Source of the DNA: an uncultured Pseudomonadales bacterium
GTDB taxonomy: Bacteria; Patescibacteriota; Microgenomatia; UBA1400; UBA1396
Assembly (NCBI GenBank): GCA_964603945.1
Contig: CAZRWP010000004.1
Span: 12,979-76,978, forward strand
DNA length: 64,000 nucleotides
Direction: 5' to 3'
Shown one piece after another: positions 35,557 through 46,400 of the stretch. Position 1 is the first letter of the stretch. Every line of letters begins with the position of its first letter. Below the pieces are notes generated by a model, which was given only the letters and a program-made list of their open reading frames with translations, did no database searches and was not told where the DNA came from. The translations under genes were made by a program, and so were the position numbers.

Positions 35557-37380
35557 TTAAACAACAATATCCCACTCTTTAAGCTTTTCGGCGTCGCCAG
35601 ACTGAATCTTAAATAAACTGGCGTACAAGCCATCATGTTTCATTAGCTTCTGATGAGTACCCTGTTCTAAAACTTGACGGTCCTTGAGCACGATGATCTT
35701 GTCTGCCCGCTGAATCGTCGATAAGCGGTGAGCAATCACAATCGAGGTTCGGCCACTCAACAACCGGTTTAATGCCCGCTGAATATACATCTCCAATTCA
35801 GAGTCCAGCGAACTGGTGGCTTCGTCCAAAATAATAATCTGCGGATCACTGAGAATAGTTCGGGCTATTGATAATCGCTGTCGCTGTCCGCCTGACAGCT
35901 TGACGCCACGCTCACCAATCTGGGTGTTGAAACCCTCTGGTAACCTATCGATAAATTCTTTGGCGTAAGCGGATTCACAAGCCGCCATCATTTCGGCCTC
36001 AGTGGCATCTGGTTTGGCATAGCGCAGATTTTCAGCAATGGATGAGGCAAACAGATAAGCATCCTGGCTAACCAAGCCCATTTTTGAGCGTAGTTCACGC
36101 TGTTTTAGATCACGCAGATCAATGCCGTCTAACAAAATCTGCCCTTCATCCGGATCGAAAAAGCGCATCACCAAACTGGCAATAGTTGTTTTGCCGGCTC
36201 CAGAAGGCCCAACAAACGCGGTCATCTTTTTGGGCTCAATTTCAAAAGTTACGTCATCAAAAACCAAAACATTGTCCATTGTTGACCGCTTAGGTTTTTC
36301 CTCTTCTTCATCGCTTAAGGCATTAACCACAGAATTTCGGTACGTAAAAGTGACATTCTGAAAGTTCAATCTGCCTTCAACTTTTTCCAATGAAAAAGGT
36401 TTAACAGGATCAACAATATCAGATTGCACATTCATAATTCGGAAAAAGTCTTTAGCGCCAATCTGGGCCCTTTTAACTTCCCAAAATATCCAATTTAACT
36501 GCCACAGTGGCTGTCTTATTAGGCCAATTAAACCTACCAACAGCATCATGGTGCCGATAGTGATCTGACCTTGCCAGGTCATCCAAACAATGTAGGCATA
36601 CATTGACCAACTCAGAGACTCCAAGATAATGTCGCCACTAAATGCTTTATTGGTATTAATTTCCATCTTGCGGCGGATATCGATGTACTGCTCGAAGAAT
36701 TTGCCCAACCGAGATTTTTCAAATTTTTCCGCCCGAAAAGATTTTATAAGTGGCATAGAATTTAACACTTCCCAAAAATGGCTATACTGCTCGTCATAAA
36801 GTTTGTACTCCTGTTTTTCAAGAATATTGTTGCGCTTAAATCGCCAGTGATTAATTAGCACATAAGGAATAAAAGCCAAAACCGTGATTACACCAATTCG
36901 CCACTCGTAATAAACCACAATGGCAAAAGAGATCATAGCCGTAGCAACACTTGGCACAAAATGCATGCCGGAATTATTAACAATGCTGACAATTCGATTA
37001 ACACCGCGATCTAATTTGCTCATGAGTTTTCCAGACGCTTGCTCACTGAAAAAGGCCAACGGCAAACCCATAAGATGGTCAAAACCGGTCTGCTTAAGAT
37101 GAGCCTCAAACTTAACCACGAACAAATTGGTCATGAACCAAGTCAGGCGATTAAGCATTGATTGAAAAAGTTTTACAGCTAATAGCAAGCCTATTAGTAG
37201 TACTAAAAATTGCTGTGATTCGCTTGCCAAACCGCCGTCAACCAAAGTATCGGTAACCTGTTTTGAAATAAATGGCTCAACTTGATTTAACGCCGCCATA
37301 ACCACAATCAAAAATGAGATCAAAAATAGGGTTCGCTGATAGGGTTTGACATAAGTCAAAATATTCATCCACATACGCAA
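35557..37380 (-). CDS. ABC exporter, fused permease and ATPase (MsbA/Atm1-like)
   Basis: N-terminal TM domain; GPSGAGKTT, LSGGQRQR, ILDEATSSLD, IAHRLST. Confidence 0.92.
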   Translation of the reverse strand: MRMWMNILTYVKPYQRTLFLISFLIVVMAALNQVEPFISKQVTDTLVDGGLASESQQFLVLLIGLLLAVKLFQSMLNRLTWFMTNLFVVKFEAHLKQTGFDHLMGLPLAFFSEQASGKLMSKLDRGVNRIVSIVNNSGMHFVPSVATAMISFAIVVYYEWRIGVITVLAFIPYVLINHWRFKRNNILEKQEYKLYDEQYSHFWEVLNSMPLIKSFRAEKFEKSRLGKFFEQYIDIRRKMEINTNKAFSGDIILESLSWSMYAYIVWMTWQGQITIGTMMLLVGLIGLIRQPLWQLNWIFWEVKRAQIGAKDFFRIMNVQSDIVDPVKPFSLEKVEGRLNFQNVTFTYRNSVVNALSDEEEEKPKRSTMDNVLVFDDVTFEIEPKKMTAFVGPSGAGKTTIASLVMRFFDPDEGQILLDGIDLRDLKQRELRSKMGLVSQDAYLFASSIAENLRYAKPDATEAEMMAACESAYAKEFIDRLPEGFNTQIGERGVKLSGGQRQRLSIARTILSDPQIIILDEATSSLDSELEMYIQRALNRLLSGRTSIVIAHRLSTIQRADKIIVLKDRQVLEQGTHQKLMKHDGLYASLFKIQSGDAEKLKEWDIVV

Positions 37381-37465
37381 TATTTCTTACTAAAGGAACA
37401 GAATTATCTATGATATATCATCAGGCAAATTAAACCAAGCCTTAAACTAAATTGTTATGATAGTC

Positions 37466-37921
37466 TTACTGAGTCTGCTGTTGTTCGTATTGCTCTACTA
37501 CACCAACACAATACTGGTAACGGGCTTCATTCATCACTTGGGTTGAAACGTTATTAACTGACATCTCGGCACTGCTGGCCAACCCCTCCATTACCGCTCG
37601 GCTACCTTCTTCTCTAAAAGTTCGCCAAAGTTCATCCGGCGAAGTGGTTACATTGGCTGAAATTGATGCCTCTTTAAAATCATTCACAGCCGACCAGCTT
37701 CCAACTTTAGGCCAAGAAATACCTTCCTCTGTGGTTTTTCTGATGACTTTGGCAATTGAATGATCCAAATCAGTGACGATTGTTTTCACCTTGCTTGATC
37801 CCATCTCCAATGACAAACTTTCTGCTTGCCCCGCCAGTGGATTAGTCGGTCTGTACCCGATGTACCACAACACACCGCCAACCAAAATCAAAATCACCAC
37901 AATACCTAAAAAGCGCTTCAT
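37466..37921 (-). CDS. Hypothetical membrane-anchored protein
   Basis: N-terminal TM; C-terminal EARYQYC; TATACT 6 nt before ATG. Confidence 0.7.
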   Translation of the reverse strand: MKRFLGIVVILILVGGVLWYIGYRPTNPLAGQAESLSLEMGSSKVKTIVTDLDHSIAKVIRKTTEEGISWPKVGSWSAVNDFKEASISANVTTSPDELWRTFREEGSRAVMEGLASSAEMSVNNVSTQVMNEARYQYCVGVVEQYEQQQTQ

Positions 37922-38056
37922 ATTATCAGTATAGCGCCAAACGTCTTACTCTGCGAAAAATGAAGTTGTTAGACAATAAAATTGCTTGTTACTCGCCCTG
38001 TTGCTGAGAAGTTACGTATTGCAAAGCTATTTGCTTAAAAGTTGCGCACTGCAACG

Positions 38057-39280
38057 TTATTCACTGCGAAGAGCCTCAATCGGTGAAAGCTTGCTAGCCT
38101 TGCGCGCCGGCGCCACGCCAAACACAATTCCCACCGCCACCGATACCGTAAAAGCTAAACCGATAGCATTAAAAGTAATTGTCGAGGGAAAATCTGACGC
38201 CACTCTAAGTAGGAATGAAAATAGACTTGCCAGCGCGACCCCAATTCCACCACCAATCACGGACAACAAAGATGACTCAATTAAGAATTGCACTAGAATT
38301 TGATTTGGGGTCGCGCCAAGCGCCTTGCGCAAACCAATTTCGCGCGTCCGCTCCGTCACCGACACCAACATAATATTCATAATGCCAATTCCACCAACCA
38401 CCAAGGAAATAGCGGCAATGCCGCCAAGTCCCACTGTCACCATACCCAAAATTTGACTCACTGTTTCCAATATTTGCTTTTGGTCTAAAACATCATATTC
38501 TTCTGGCTCACGGCCATCTACATCTTGCAGATAAGTTTCAAGCTCAGCAATCGCCAGCTCAATTTGTGACTTATCCCTAACCTGAACCGTAATAACGTTT
38601 ATGTCGTTGCTATCAAACAAACGGAAGTATGCTTCTAAGGGTATTAAAACTAAATCATCAAAACTGCCGCCACCGCCCAAACCCGCGCCCTTGGATTCGG
38701 TTACCCCAACCACTTTATAAGTCACTTCATTTAAACGAACAGATTTATTAATCGGATCAATCTCGCCAAAAATATTTTTCACCACATTTGGTCCTAAAAC
38801 TAAGACCCGCTGACCAGCCCTGGCTTCTGACTCGGTAAAGAAACGTCCCGTTTCCACTTCAATATCGCGAACGGCCATAAAATCAGCAGTTGTGCCCATT
38901 AAGGTGACAGCTTTGGTTTCGCCCTTGTAAGAAAGTTTACCGCGATTCTCGGTCTCCGGCAGAACTATTTGGGCAAAATCACGCATCCTTTTAATATCAT
39001 TAACGTTCTGCTGAGTGAATTGTTTACTGTTAACCATGCCAGAACCACCGCCTTGCGCCATGCCAGACTCACCAAATAACTGGGTCGGGTAAACCAAAAC
39101 TGTATTGGCACCCAAACTTTCAAACTGCTCTTCGATAAAAACTTGCAAGCCTTTGCCAATTGAGGTCAACAAAATAACTGAGCCAACACCAATAATCACA
39201 CCCAACATTGTCAGTAGTGAGCGCGTCTTATTGGCGCGGATTGTTCGCCAGGCAACCAGGATGGTATTTAGTAAATTCAT
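38057..39280 (-). CDS. MacB/YknZ-like ABC permease
   Basis: RSLLTMLGVIIGV, GGIGIMNIMLVSVTERTREIGLRKALGA, PIEALR. Confidence 0.92.
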   Translation of the reverse strand: MNLLNTILVAWRTIRANKTRSLLTMLGVIIGVGSVILLTSIGKGLQVFIEEQFESLGANTVLVYPTQLFGESGMAQGGGSGMVNSKQFTQQNVNDIKRMRDFAQIVLPETENRGKLSYKGETKAVTLMGTTADFMAVRDIEVETGRFFTESEARAGQRVLVLGPNVVKNIFGEIDPINKSVRLNEVTYKVVGVTESKGAGLGGGGSFDDLVLIPLEAYFRLFDSNDINVITVQVRDKSQIELAIAELETYLQDVDGREPEEYDVLDQKQILETVSQILGMVTVGLGGIAAISLVVGGIGIMNIMLVSVTERTREIGLRKALGATPNQILVQFLIESSLLSVIGGGIGVALASLFSFLLRVASDFPSTITFNAIGLAFTVSVAVGIVFGVAPARKASKLSPIEALRSE

Positions 39281-40098
39281 GATTTTGCCTGTTGAGATTT
39301 TGTATTATTTTTAGTTTCTGCGCTGGTCTTTTTATTTGATTTGCTAATATTTTTAGCTGACAAAGTTTTCTTTTTAGTCTGCGCCCTATCGCTGACGATT
39401 CGGCCATCCTTCATGACAATTAGCCTGGCGGCGTGCTCGGCAATTTCTGGCTCGTGCGTCACAATGACAATAGTGTTGCCTTCTTCATGCAATTTATCCA
39501 GCATGGCCATAATTTCATCACCAGATTGTGAATCCAGATTACCAGTTGGTTCATCAGCAAAGACAATGGTGGGATTGTTGACTAAGGCGCGGGCGATCGC
39601 CACGCGTTGCTGTTGGCCACCGCTGAGCTGAGCCCGCGTGTTATGCAGGCGGTCGCCTAAGCCAACTTTCTCCAGCGCGGCTTTGGCACGTTTAGTTCTT
39701 TCTGCCTTGCCTAAGCCAGCATAGATCAAAGGTAAAATTACATTATCTAAAGCCGCAACTTTGGGTAACAAGTTAAACTGCTGAAAAATAAAGCCAATTT
39801 CTTGGTTGCGCACGCGGGCTAATTCAGATTCGTTATAACGAGAAACGTCCTTGCCGTGCAGCAAGATGTGTCCCTCAGAGGGGTTATCAAGTAAAGATGC
39901 GATTTGCAACATGGTAGATTTTCCGGCGCCGCTGGCGCCCATAATGGCCACAAATTCACCACGCTCAAGGGAAAAATCCACATCATTAAGGGCATGAATT
40001 TCCTGCTCACCAAGTTTATAGGTCTTATAAACTGATTTTAGCTGAAGAATAACTTGCTTACTTTTTGACACATTGCTTACCTTATTAATTTGATTCAT
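39277..40098 (-). CDS. MacB/LolD-like ABC ATP-binding protein
   Basis: [34 protein letters not shown]. Confidence 0.92.
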   Translation of the reverse strand: MNQINKVSNVSKSKQVILQLKSVYKTYKLGEQEIHALNDVDFSLERGEFVAIMGASGAGKSTMLQIASLLDNPSEGHILLHGKDVSRYNESELARVRNQEIGFIFQQFNLLPKVAALDNVILPLIYAGLGKAERTKRAKAALEKVGLGDRLHNTRAQLSGGQQQRVAIARALVNNPTIVFADEPTGNLDSQSGDEIMAMLDKLHEEGNTIVIVTHEPEIAEHAARLIVMKDGRIVSDRAQTKKKTLSAKNISKSNKKTSAETKNNTKSQQAKS

Positions 40099-41120
40099 GG
40101 CAGAATCACCTGATCATCTTCCGACAGTCCTTCCAAAATTTCGGCATAGTCATCATTCTCCAGACCTAAAGTCACCGCCTTTTCCTGACGCTGATTATTA
40201 ACCATTACTTCTACATAACTTTGGCCTTCGCGTGAAATGAGTGTTTCAATCGGTACACTTAAGACATGTCGTTTCTCCGCTGACAACAGTCTAGCTTCAC
40301 CATTCATGCCTACTCTAGCTTCTTCAATCGAAACAGGTTGGGCAAAGACTACCTTTACCGCAAAAACGGATCCTTCAATCGTGTCCATCGTCTGATAATC
40401 AATCTCAGCTACCTGTCCTAAATATTCGCGATCAGGATAAGCGTCCAACACAATGGTTGCTGGCTGGCCAACTTTTACCTTTTCAAAATCAACTTCATCA
40501 ACCCAAGTTTTGAAGTAAAGAGTGTCCGGATTAATTATTTCCCAGGCATCGGTGGCACCAGTAGTCACGCCAGTTACTTCTACGGGCGCGCTTACCAAAA
40601 TGCCATCAAAGGGGGCGGAAATTCGGTAATTGTCAAAAGACAAATATTGCAGTTCAACATCTAAAACTGATCTATTGAGCGAGAATTGATCTAAATCTGC
40701 TTCGCGCTGTAAAGTTTCATCCGCAATGATGTCGGGTCGAGCCGCTTGTTCTTCCTCAAATGCCCACCGCTCAGTTTGATACATACTTAACGCTTTATCC
40801 AGCTGTTTTTGAACTGTCCGCTGATCCAAACTGGCGATTGTCTGACCGCGTTTGACAAAGTCGCCTTGCTTGGCACCAATGTATGACAACTTGCCCACAC
40901 CGGCAAAACGCAAACCGACCCGTTCTCGAGCATCTACTCGACCGGAAAAAACCGTTGTCTTAACAATGTCGCGATATTCCGGATTTATCAGATCAACTTG
41001 CGCAGTTTGGGCTTGTCGGCTTTGCCACTGCCAATAAATAACACCGCCCACAACCAACACAATTAAGACTATCCACCATTTATTTTTTAGCCATTTGGCT
41101 ATTGCTTTAACTTTATCCAT
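40095..41120 (-). CDS. MacA-like membrane fusion (periplasmic adaptor) protein
   Basis: N-terminal TM, ISAPFDG, VDEVD...VKVGQ, EILEGL; start moved to ATG 41120. Confidence 0.88.
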   Translation of the reverse strand: MDKVKAIAKWLKNKWWIVLIVLVVGGVIYWQWQSRQAQTAQVDLINPEYRDIVKTTVFSGRVDARERVGLRFAGVGKLSYIGAKQGDFVKRGQTIASLDQRTVQKQLDKALSMYQTERWAFEEEQAARPDIIADETLQREADLDQFSLNRSVLDVELQYLSFDNYRISAPFDGILVSAPVEVTGVTTGATDAWEIINPDTLYFKTWVDEVDFEKVKVGQPATIVLDAYPDREYLGQVAEIDYQTMDTIEGSVFAVKVVFAQPVSIEEARVGMNGEARLLSAEKRHVLSVPIETLISREGQSYVEVMVNNQRQEKAVTLGLENDDYAEILEGLSEDDQVILP

Positions 41121-41137
41121 ATCGATTCCTTCAACAG

Positions 41138-41151
41138 TCAGTATATACTGA
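41138..41151. promoter_or_regulatory. Palindromic bidirectional -10 element (TCAGTATATACTGA)
   Basis: Contains TATACT on both strands between divergent starts at 41120 and 41157. Confidence 0.5.
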
Positions 41152-41156
41152 TAGCG

Positions 41157-41975
41157 ATGCCTCAGAAAGAAGTTAAGAACTGTCAAACGTTCTATCAGCA
41201 CATCGGCAAATCTTCAAAAACTATACTGCTTTTGCATGGTTGGCGCAACGATTGGCAGGCCTGGAGTTCGCTTGTCCCCGTTCTAAGTGGTGAATACTCA
41301 TTAATTATTCCTGATTTGCCAGGTTTTGGCCGTTCCGGTTCACCAGAACATGGTTGGTCGACCGCTGAATATGTTGATTGGTTAATTGCTTTCTTGCGTC
41401 AACTGGAAATTACCGAACTTGAAGCCGTTATTGGTCATTCTTATGGTGGTAAACTGGCAAGTTTTGGCTGGCTCAAAGCGGGCACTCAATTGCCTTTAGT
41501 GAGACAAGGCTTGTTTTTGATCAGTCCATCTGGTGTTCCTAATTCTTTGCCATTATCCAGTCGGCTGCTTAAGCGAGGTTTGGGGTTGATTCCCAAAAGT
41601 CTCAAGCGGGGCTTATTAACTCCTTGGCGACAAAAACTATATCAGCAGATTGACCCAGATGCTGATTATTTACGCGCAACCCCTTTTCAGGAAGCTACCC
41701 TTAACAAGATTCTGTCAGAAGATATTCGTCAGCATGTTCCCAAACCGACCGATTTGCCACTAAGACTTTGCTGGGGTGAATTGGATAGAGCTTTGCCAGC
41801 CGCCACAGCCTATGACTGGCTAAAGCTCAGCCGCCAAAGCCATGTTTTTAATGTTCCGTCTGCCGGCCACGCCGTTCATCTTGAAAAGCCTGAGCTCTTT
41901 AATATTTGGCTTAATACCTGGCTAAATACTGCCGATTTGTCAGCTGAGATTAATCATGAGGATCAAATCAAATGA
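41157..41975 (+). CDS. Alpha/beta-fold hydrolase
   Basis: LLHGW, PDLPGFG, GHSYGG nucleophile elbow, WGELD, AGH. Confidence 0.9.
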   Translation: MPQKEVKNCQTFYQHIGKSSKTILLLHGWRNDWQAWSSLVPVLSGEYSLIIPDLPGFGRSGSPEHGWSTAEYVDWLIAFLRQLEITELEAVIGHSYGGKLASFGWLKAGTQLPLVRQGLFLISPSGVPNSLPLSSRLLKRGLGLIPKSLKRGLLTPWRQKLYQQIDPDADYLRATPFQEATLNKILSEDIRQHVPKPTDLPLRLCWGELDRALPAATAYDWLKLSRQSHVFNVPSAGHAVHLEKPELFNIWLNTWLNTADLSAEINHEDQIK

Positions 41976-43366
41976 AATATCAACTGAATACCTTACTGGC
42001 CATCCTTCAGCAGGCAGAATATAACTTGCCCATCTGGCAGAATTGGATAAATACTAATCGCCCAGAAAATCAAATTCAAAAATTAAACTCCTTAAAACCT
42101 GAACGCTGGACTTTAAAACTCAAATTCATTAAATGGTCTACCACTATCCTTAGCTTACTGCTGGCACAAACTAAAGCAGTAGAAATAAGTGTCAAAATTT
42201 TGAAACCATTTGAATCATTTTTAACCTGGGTATTAGTTCGCTTGGCCTCAGCTAAACTACGCCGCTATCAAAAATCTGGGCTAAGCGTGGTTGGAATTGC
42301 CGGAAGCTACGGCAAAACCAGTGTAAAACATGTTACCAAGCACATTCTTGCGCATCAGTGGTCTGTGCTCATGAGTCCCGCTAGCTACAATACACCGCTT
42401 GGTTTGGCAGTCACGATTTTGCGTCATTTAAATAAGTCGCATCAAATTTTTATTGCTGAACTTGGTGAATACAAAACTAATGACATTGCAGATTTTCTAA
42501 AATGGGTTCAGCCTGACTATGCCATCTTAACCCCAATTGGCTACACTCACGGAGAGCGGTTTGGCTCCGATGAAAAGCTTAATTTAACTTTCAAGCCACT
42601 ACTGACCTCGCGTTTTAAACCAAAATTTTTATTAGTTGACGAAGTTAATCGCGAAGTTATAAATAACTTTAATCTCACCAGCAATCATCGATCAGCTGAA
42701 ATGAGCTACTATGGTTCCGCTGAAAATAATGTGTACAGTTTAAAAATCGCCTCTTCCAACTTTGATGGCAGTAATGGTTTGCTAAATACTCCTCAGATAA
42801 AGAACCTGTCTGTTAGCACCCGCCTGCTGAGCTCCCATCAACTTATTAATGCCTTGCCTGGAATAGCCTTAACTGAACAGTTGGGAGGCCAGTCACTAAC
42901 TTCAGCCCTTTCTATTAGGTACGCGCCAGATGTACCAAGACGTTTGGCAGTTATCTCCAGTCCCAATGGCTCAGTCGTTATTGACAATAGCTATAACTCC
43001 AATCCCGGTTCTTGGCAAGCGGCTCTAAATTTCATCAAGCAGGCCAAACCAGATAATTTGATTGTCATCACGGCCGGTTTTGTTGAACTTGAGCCTAATC
43101 TAAACGCCTCAGCTCATGTCCAACTGGCTAAAGATTTAATGGCAGTAGCCAGTCAGATTGGCATAATTGAATCTAGATATAACCAAGACTTAATTTCAGT
43201 CATAAAAGATGGCAAGGTGCCGTTTGTGATTGGCTCTAACCAAGCAGAGGTCATTAGCAAGCTCAGTCAATTAGAAAGTAAATCACCAAGATCAGGGGCA
43301 AACTCTGCCAAAAAATCAATAAATTATTTTTGGCTTGAGGGCGGCTCACGCGAACTATATCAATAA
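41972..43366 (+). CDS. Mur ligase family protein (MurF-like)
   Basis: GIAGSYGKTS, SYNTPLG, IAELGEY, IDNSYNSNP, GFVEL. Confidence 0.75.
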   Translation: MKYQLNTLLAILQQAEYNLPIWQNWINTNRPENQIQKLNSLKPERWTLKLKFIKWSTTILSLLLAQTKAVEISVKILKPFESFLTWVLVRLASAKLRRYQKSGLSVVGIAGSYGKTSVKHVTKHILAHQWSVLMSPASYNTPLGLAVTILRHLNKSHQIFIAELGEYKTNDIADFLKWVQPDYAILTPIGYTHGERFGSDEKLNLTFKPLLTSRFKPKFLLVDEVNREVINNFNLTSNHRSAEMSYYGSAENNVYSLKIASSNFDGSNGLLNTPQIKNLSVSTRLLSSHQLINALPGIALTEQLGGQSLTSALSIRYAPDVPRRLAVISSPNGSVVIDNSYNSNPGSWQAALNFIKQAKPDNLIVITAGFVELEPNLNASAHVQLAKDLMAVASQIGIIESRYNQDLISVIKDGKVPFVIGSNQAEVISKLSQLESKSPRSGANSAKKSINYFWLEGGSRELYQ

Positions 43367-43409
43367 GCTTGAGCTTTATCACTCAACGATAATAATTCCA
43401 GACTCAAGC

Positions 43410-46400
43410 TTAATTTAATAATTCTTTAACAAAACCAGCCATGTCATCGCTCCAGGCTACGGTATATGGTAGTTTCATACGGGTAATATGATCACCTTCT
43501 GGCGAAGGGATCAGTAAGACAATTGGTACATTGCCTGGACTTTTACGCAGTAAAGTACCTAACTTTTGTAAGATTTTTTTATCCGTCTCACGAGGAATCG
43601 TGATCTCTATCGCATTCTTTTCAATTGGTTGTTCATCATCAACTAAATCAGGTTGCCAAATATTTTCTACCACCAGTTGCAATTCATCATCCCGCGTATC
43701 AACTTTGGCTCTAACCAAAACCGCATTGTCATCAATAAAGTAACGCTTGCCGTCTTTATAAGCCCGCGGAAAACACACTATCCGAATACTGCCTGACTGA
43801 TCTTCTAACGTACCAAAGGCCATGGCTGAATTATCTTTTTTGGTGTGAACTTCACGTATACCACTTAAAATTCCACCAATCACAAAAGTCTGATCTTTAT
43901 GAATATCTCCATCTAAATCACCGATTCGTTTCTCAGCTTGCTTACTAATTTGCTCTAATCCCTTAGACATGGGGTGATCAGTCAAATAAAATCCCAGCAG
44001 TTCTTTTTCATATGATAATAGTTCGGCCGCTGGATATTCTTCTAAGCGGGGAAAGGTGTCTTTTACCTGTGTAGCTGACTCCTGAGCCACCTCAGCAAAT
44101 AGAGAGTCCTGACCGGCTAGCTCGCTCTGAAACTGAGCCGCCTGCGCCCGAATATCATCCAGATTTTCCAGCATGCTAGATCTGGTCGCAAACTGATCAA
44201 AGGCGCCAACCCTAACCAAGCTTTCCACTACTTTTTTATTAACTCGTCTGGAGTCAGTTCGGCGTAGGAAATCAGTAAAGGAAACAAATGGCTGATCAGC
44301 CCGAGCTTCCATAATGGCCTCAATCGCGGCTGTGCCAACATTTTTAATTGCTCCTAGACCGTATCGAATGGCTAAATTCTCTAAGGAGTCTTTGTTTTCT
44401 TCAACACAAAAGCCAATCGCTGATTTATTAATATCTGGCGGCAGAACCACTATGCCCATACGGCGGGCATCTTCCACTGCCATGCGGACTTTTTCTTCCT
44501 TCTGCTGGCTGTGCGACAAACTTTCCACCGAGGCCATGGCCGTCATGTACTCCACCGGATGCAGAACCTTCATGTAAGCGGTTCGATAAGCCACCATGGC
44601 GTAACTGGCCGCATGAGCTTTGTTAAAGCCATAACCGGCAAATTTTTCAATATAGCCCCATACTTCTTCGGCTACCTTTTTCTTATAACCATGCTCCACT
44701 GAGCGTCGGACGAACTCAGCCTTTTGTTGATCCATGATTGATTTCTTCTTCTTGCCGATTGCTTTACGCAAGACATCACCTTCACCCAAGGTATACCCAG
44801 CCATCACATTGGCCACGTTAATTGCCTGCTCCTGATAAACCATAAAGCCATACGTTTCCTCAAAAACTGGCTTTAAATCAGGGTGCGGATACTGAACTTT
44901 TTCAGGATTATGCTTAGCTTCGACAAAAGCAGGGATAAGATCCATTGGTCCAGGCCGATACAATGCCACCATAGCGGTAATATCCGAAAATTTATTAGGC
45001 TGAAGAGTACGGGCTACCCGCCGCATGCCGCCTGATTCCAACTGAAAAACCCCGGTCGTATTTCCTTGAGAAATCATCTGATAAACCTTGGGTTCATCAA
45101 GCGGAATATTGTCTAGATTAACTTCAATTCCCTTAGTTTGTTTCACAATCTCAATCGCTTCACCCAAAATTGAAAGGTTACGCAAGCCCAGGAAATCAAA
45201 TTTTATTAAACCAATGGCATCATCACCTGAGACATTAGCGTCCAAGGCGTACATGTCATACTGAGTGATTATCTTGCCTTCCCGATTTTCCCTTTGAATT
45301 GGGACATAATTTGTTAAATCATCATCAGCAATAATAACAGCGGCCGCGTGCACCGAACTGTGTCTCGCCACGCCTTCACATTTTTGAGCCAACTCAAACA
45401 GCTTTTTGTACTTGGGAAGTTGGCTGTACTGCTTTAGTTCTGGCACTGCTTGAATTGCTTCTGGCAGGCGCATATTGGGCGGAATCAACTTAGCAATGCG
45501 GTCACAGTCACCATAAGATACCTCTAAAACCCGTCCCACATCCCGAATTGCTACACGAGCTTCCATTCGTCCAAAAGTGATCACGTTGGCTACTTTGTCA
45601 GAGCCGTACTTTTGTGTAATGTATTCAATTACTTCTTCACGACGAGTATCAGCAAAGTCCATATCAATATCTGGCGGCGACGGTCGCTCTGGATTAAGAA
45701 AGCGCTCAAATTTAAGGTCATGTTCCAGGGGGTTAACGGTGGTAATTCCTAATGAATATGAGACCAGTGAACCAGCCGCACTACCGCGACCTGGGCCAAC
45801 ATAAATGCCATGATCCTTAGCCCACTGCACAAAATCATGCACAATTAGAAAATAGGTGGCGTAGCCCTTGCCAATAATGACATCCAACTCATAATCTAAA
45901 CGTTCTTTAATCTCTGGTGTGACAGTCATGCCTAATACTTTTTCATAGCGCTCGTAAGTTTGGTGTCTTAACCAAGAACCCGCGTCATAGCCGGCTGGCA
46001 CTTCAAACAGCGGCATTACCCATTTTCCCTGGGGAATCTCCACATCGCATTGCTCGGCAATTTTCAAAGTGTTGGCCAGGGCGTCTGGATACTGAGCAAA
46101 TAGCTCTTCCATTTCCTGTGAGCTACGGAGGAAAAACGTCGGTGAGTTAAGCATGGTCATCCGCTCAGTTTCTGAAACAAACCGGCGGGTAGAGACACAA
46201 ACTAACGCGTCCTGCGCTTCGGCGTCATCAGCATCGACATAATGAACGTCATTAGTTGCAACCAGTGGAATGCCGGTCTCACGGGAAAGTTTGGCCATTT
46301 CAGCGGCTAATTCATGAGTCTCTTTAACCTGATGATTCTGAATTTCCAGATAGAAATCACCTTCAAATAACTCATAGTATTGTTTAATTTTAGCTTTGGC

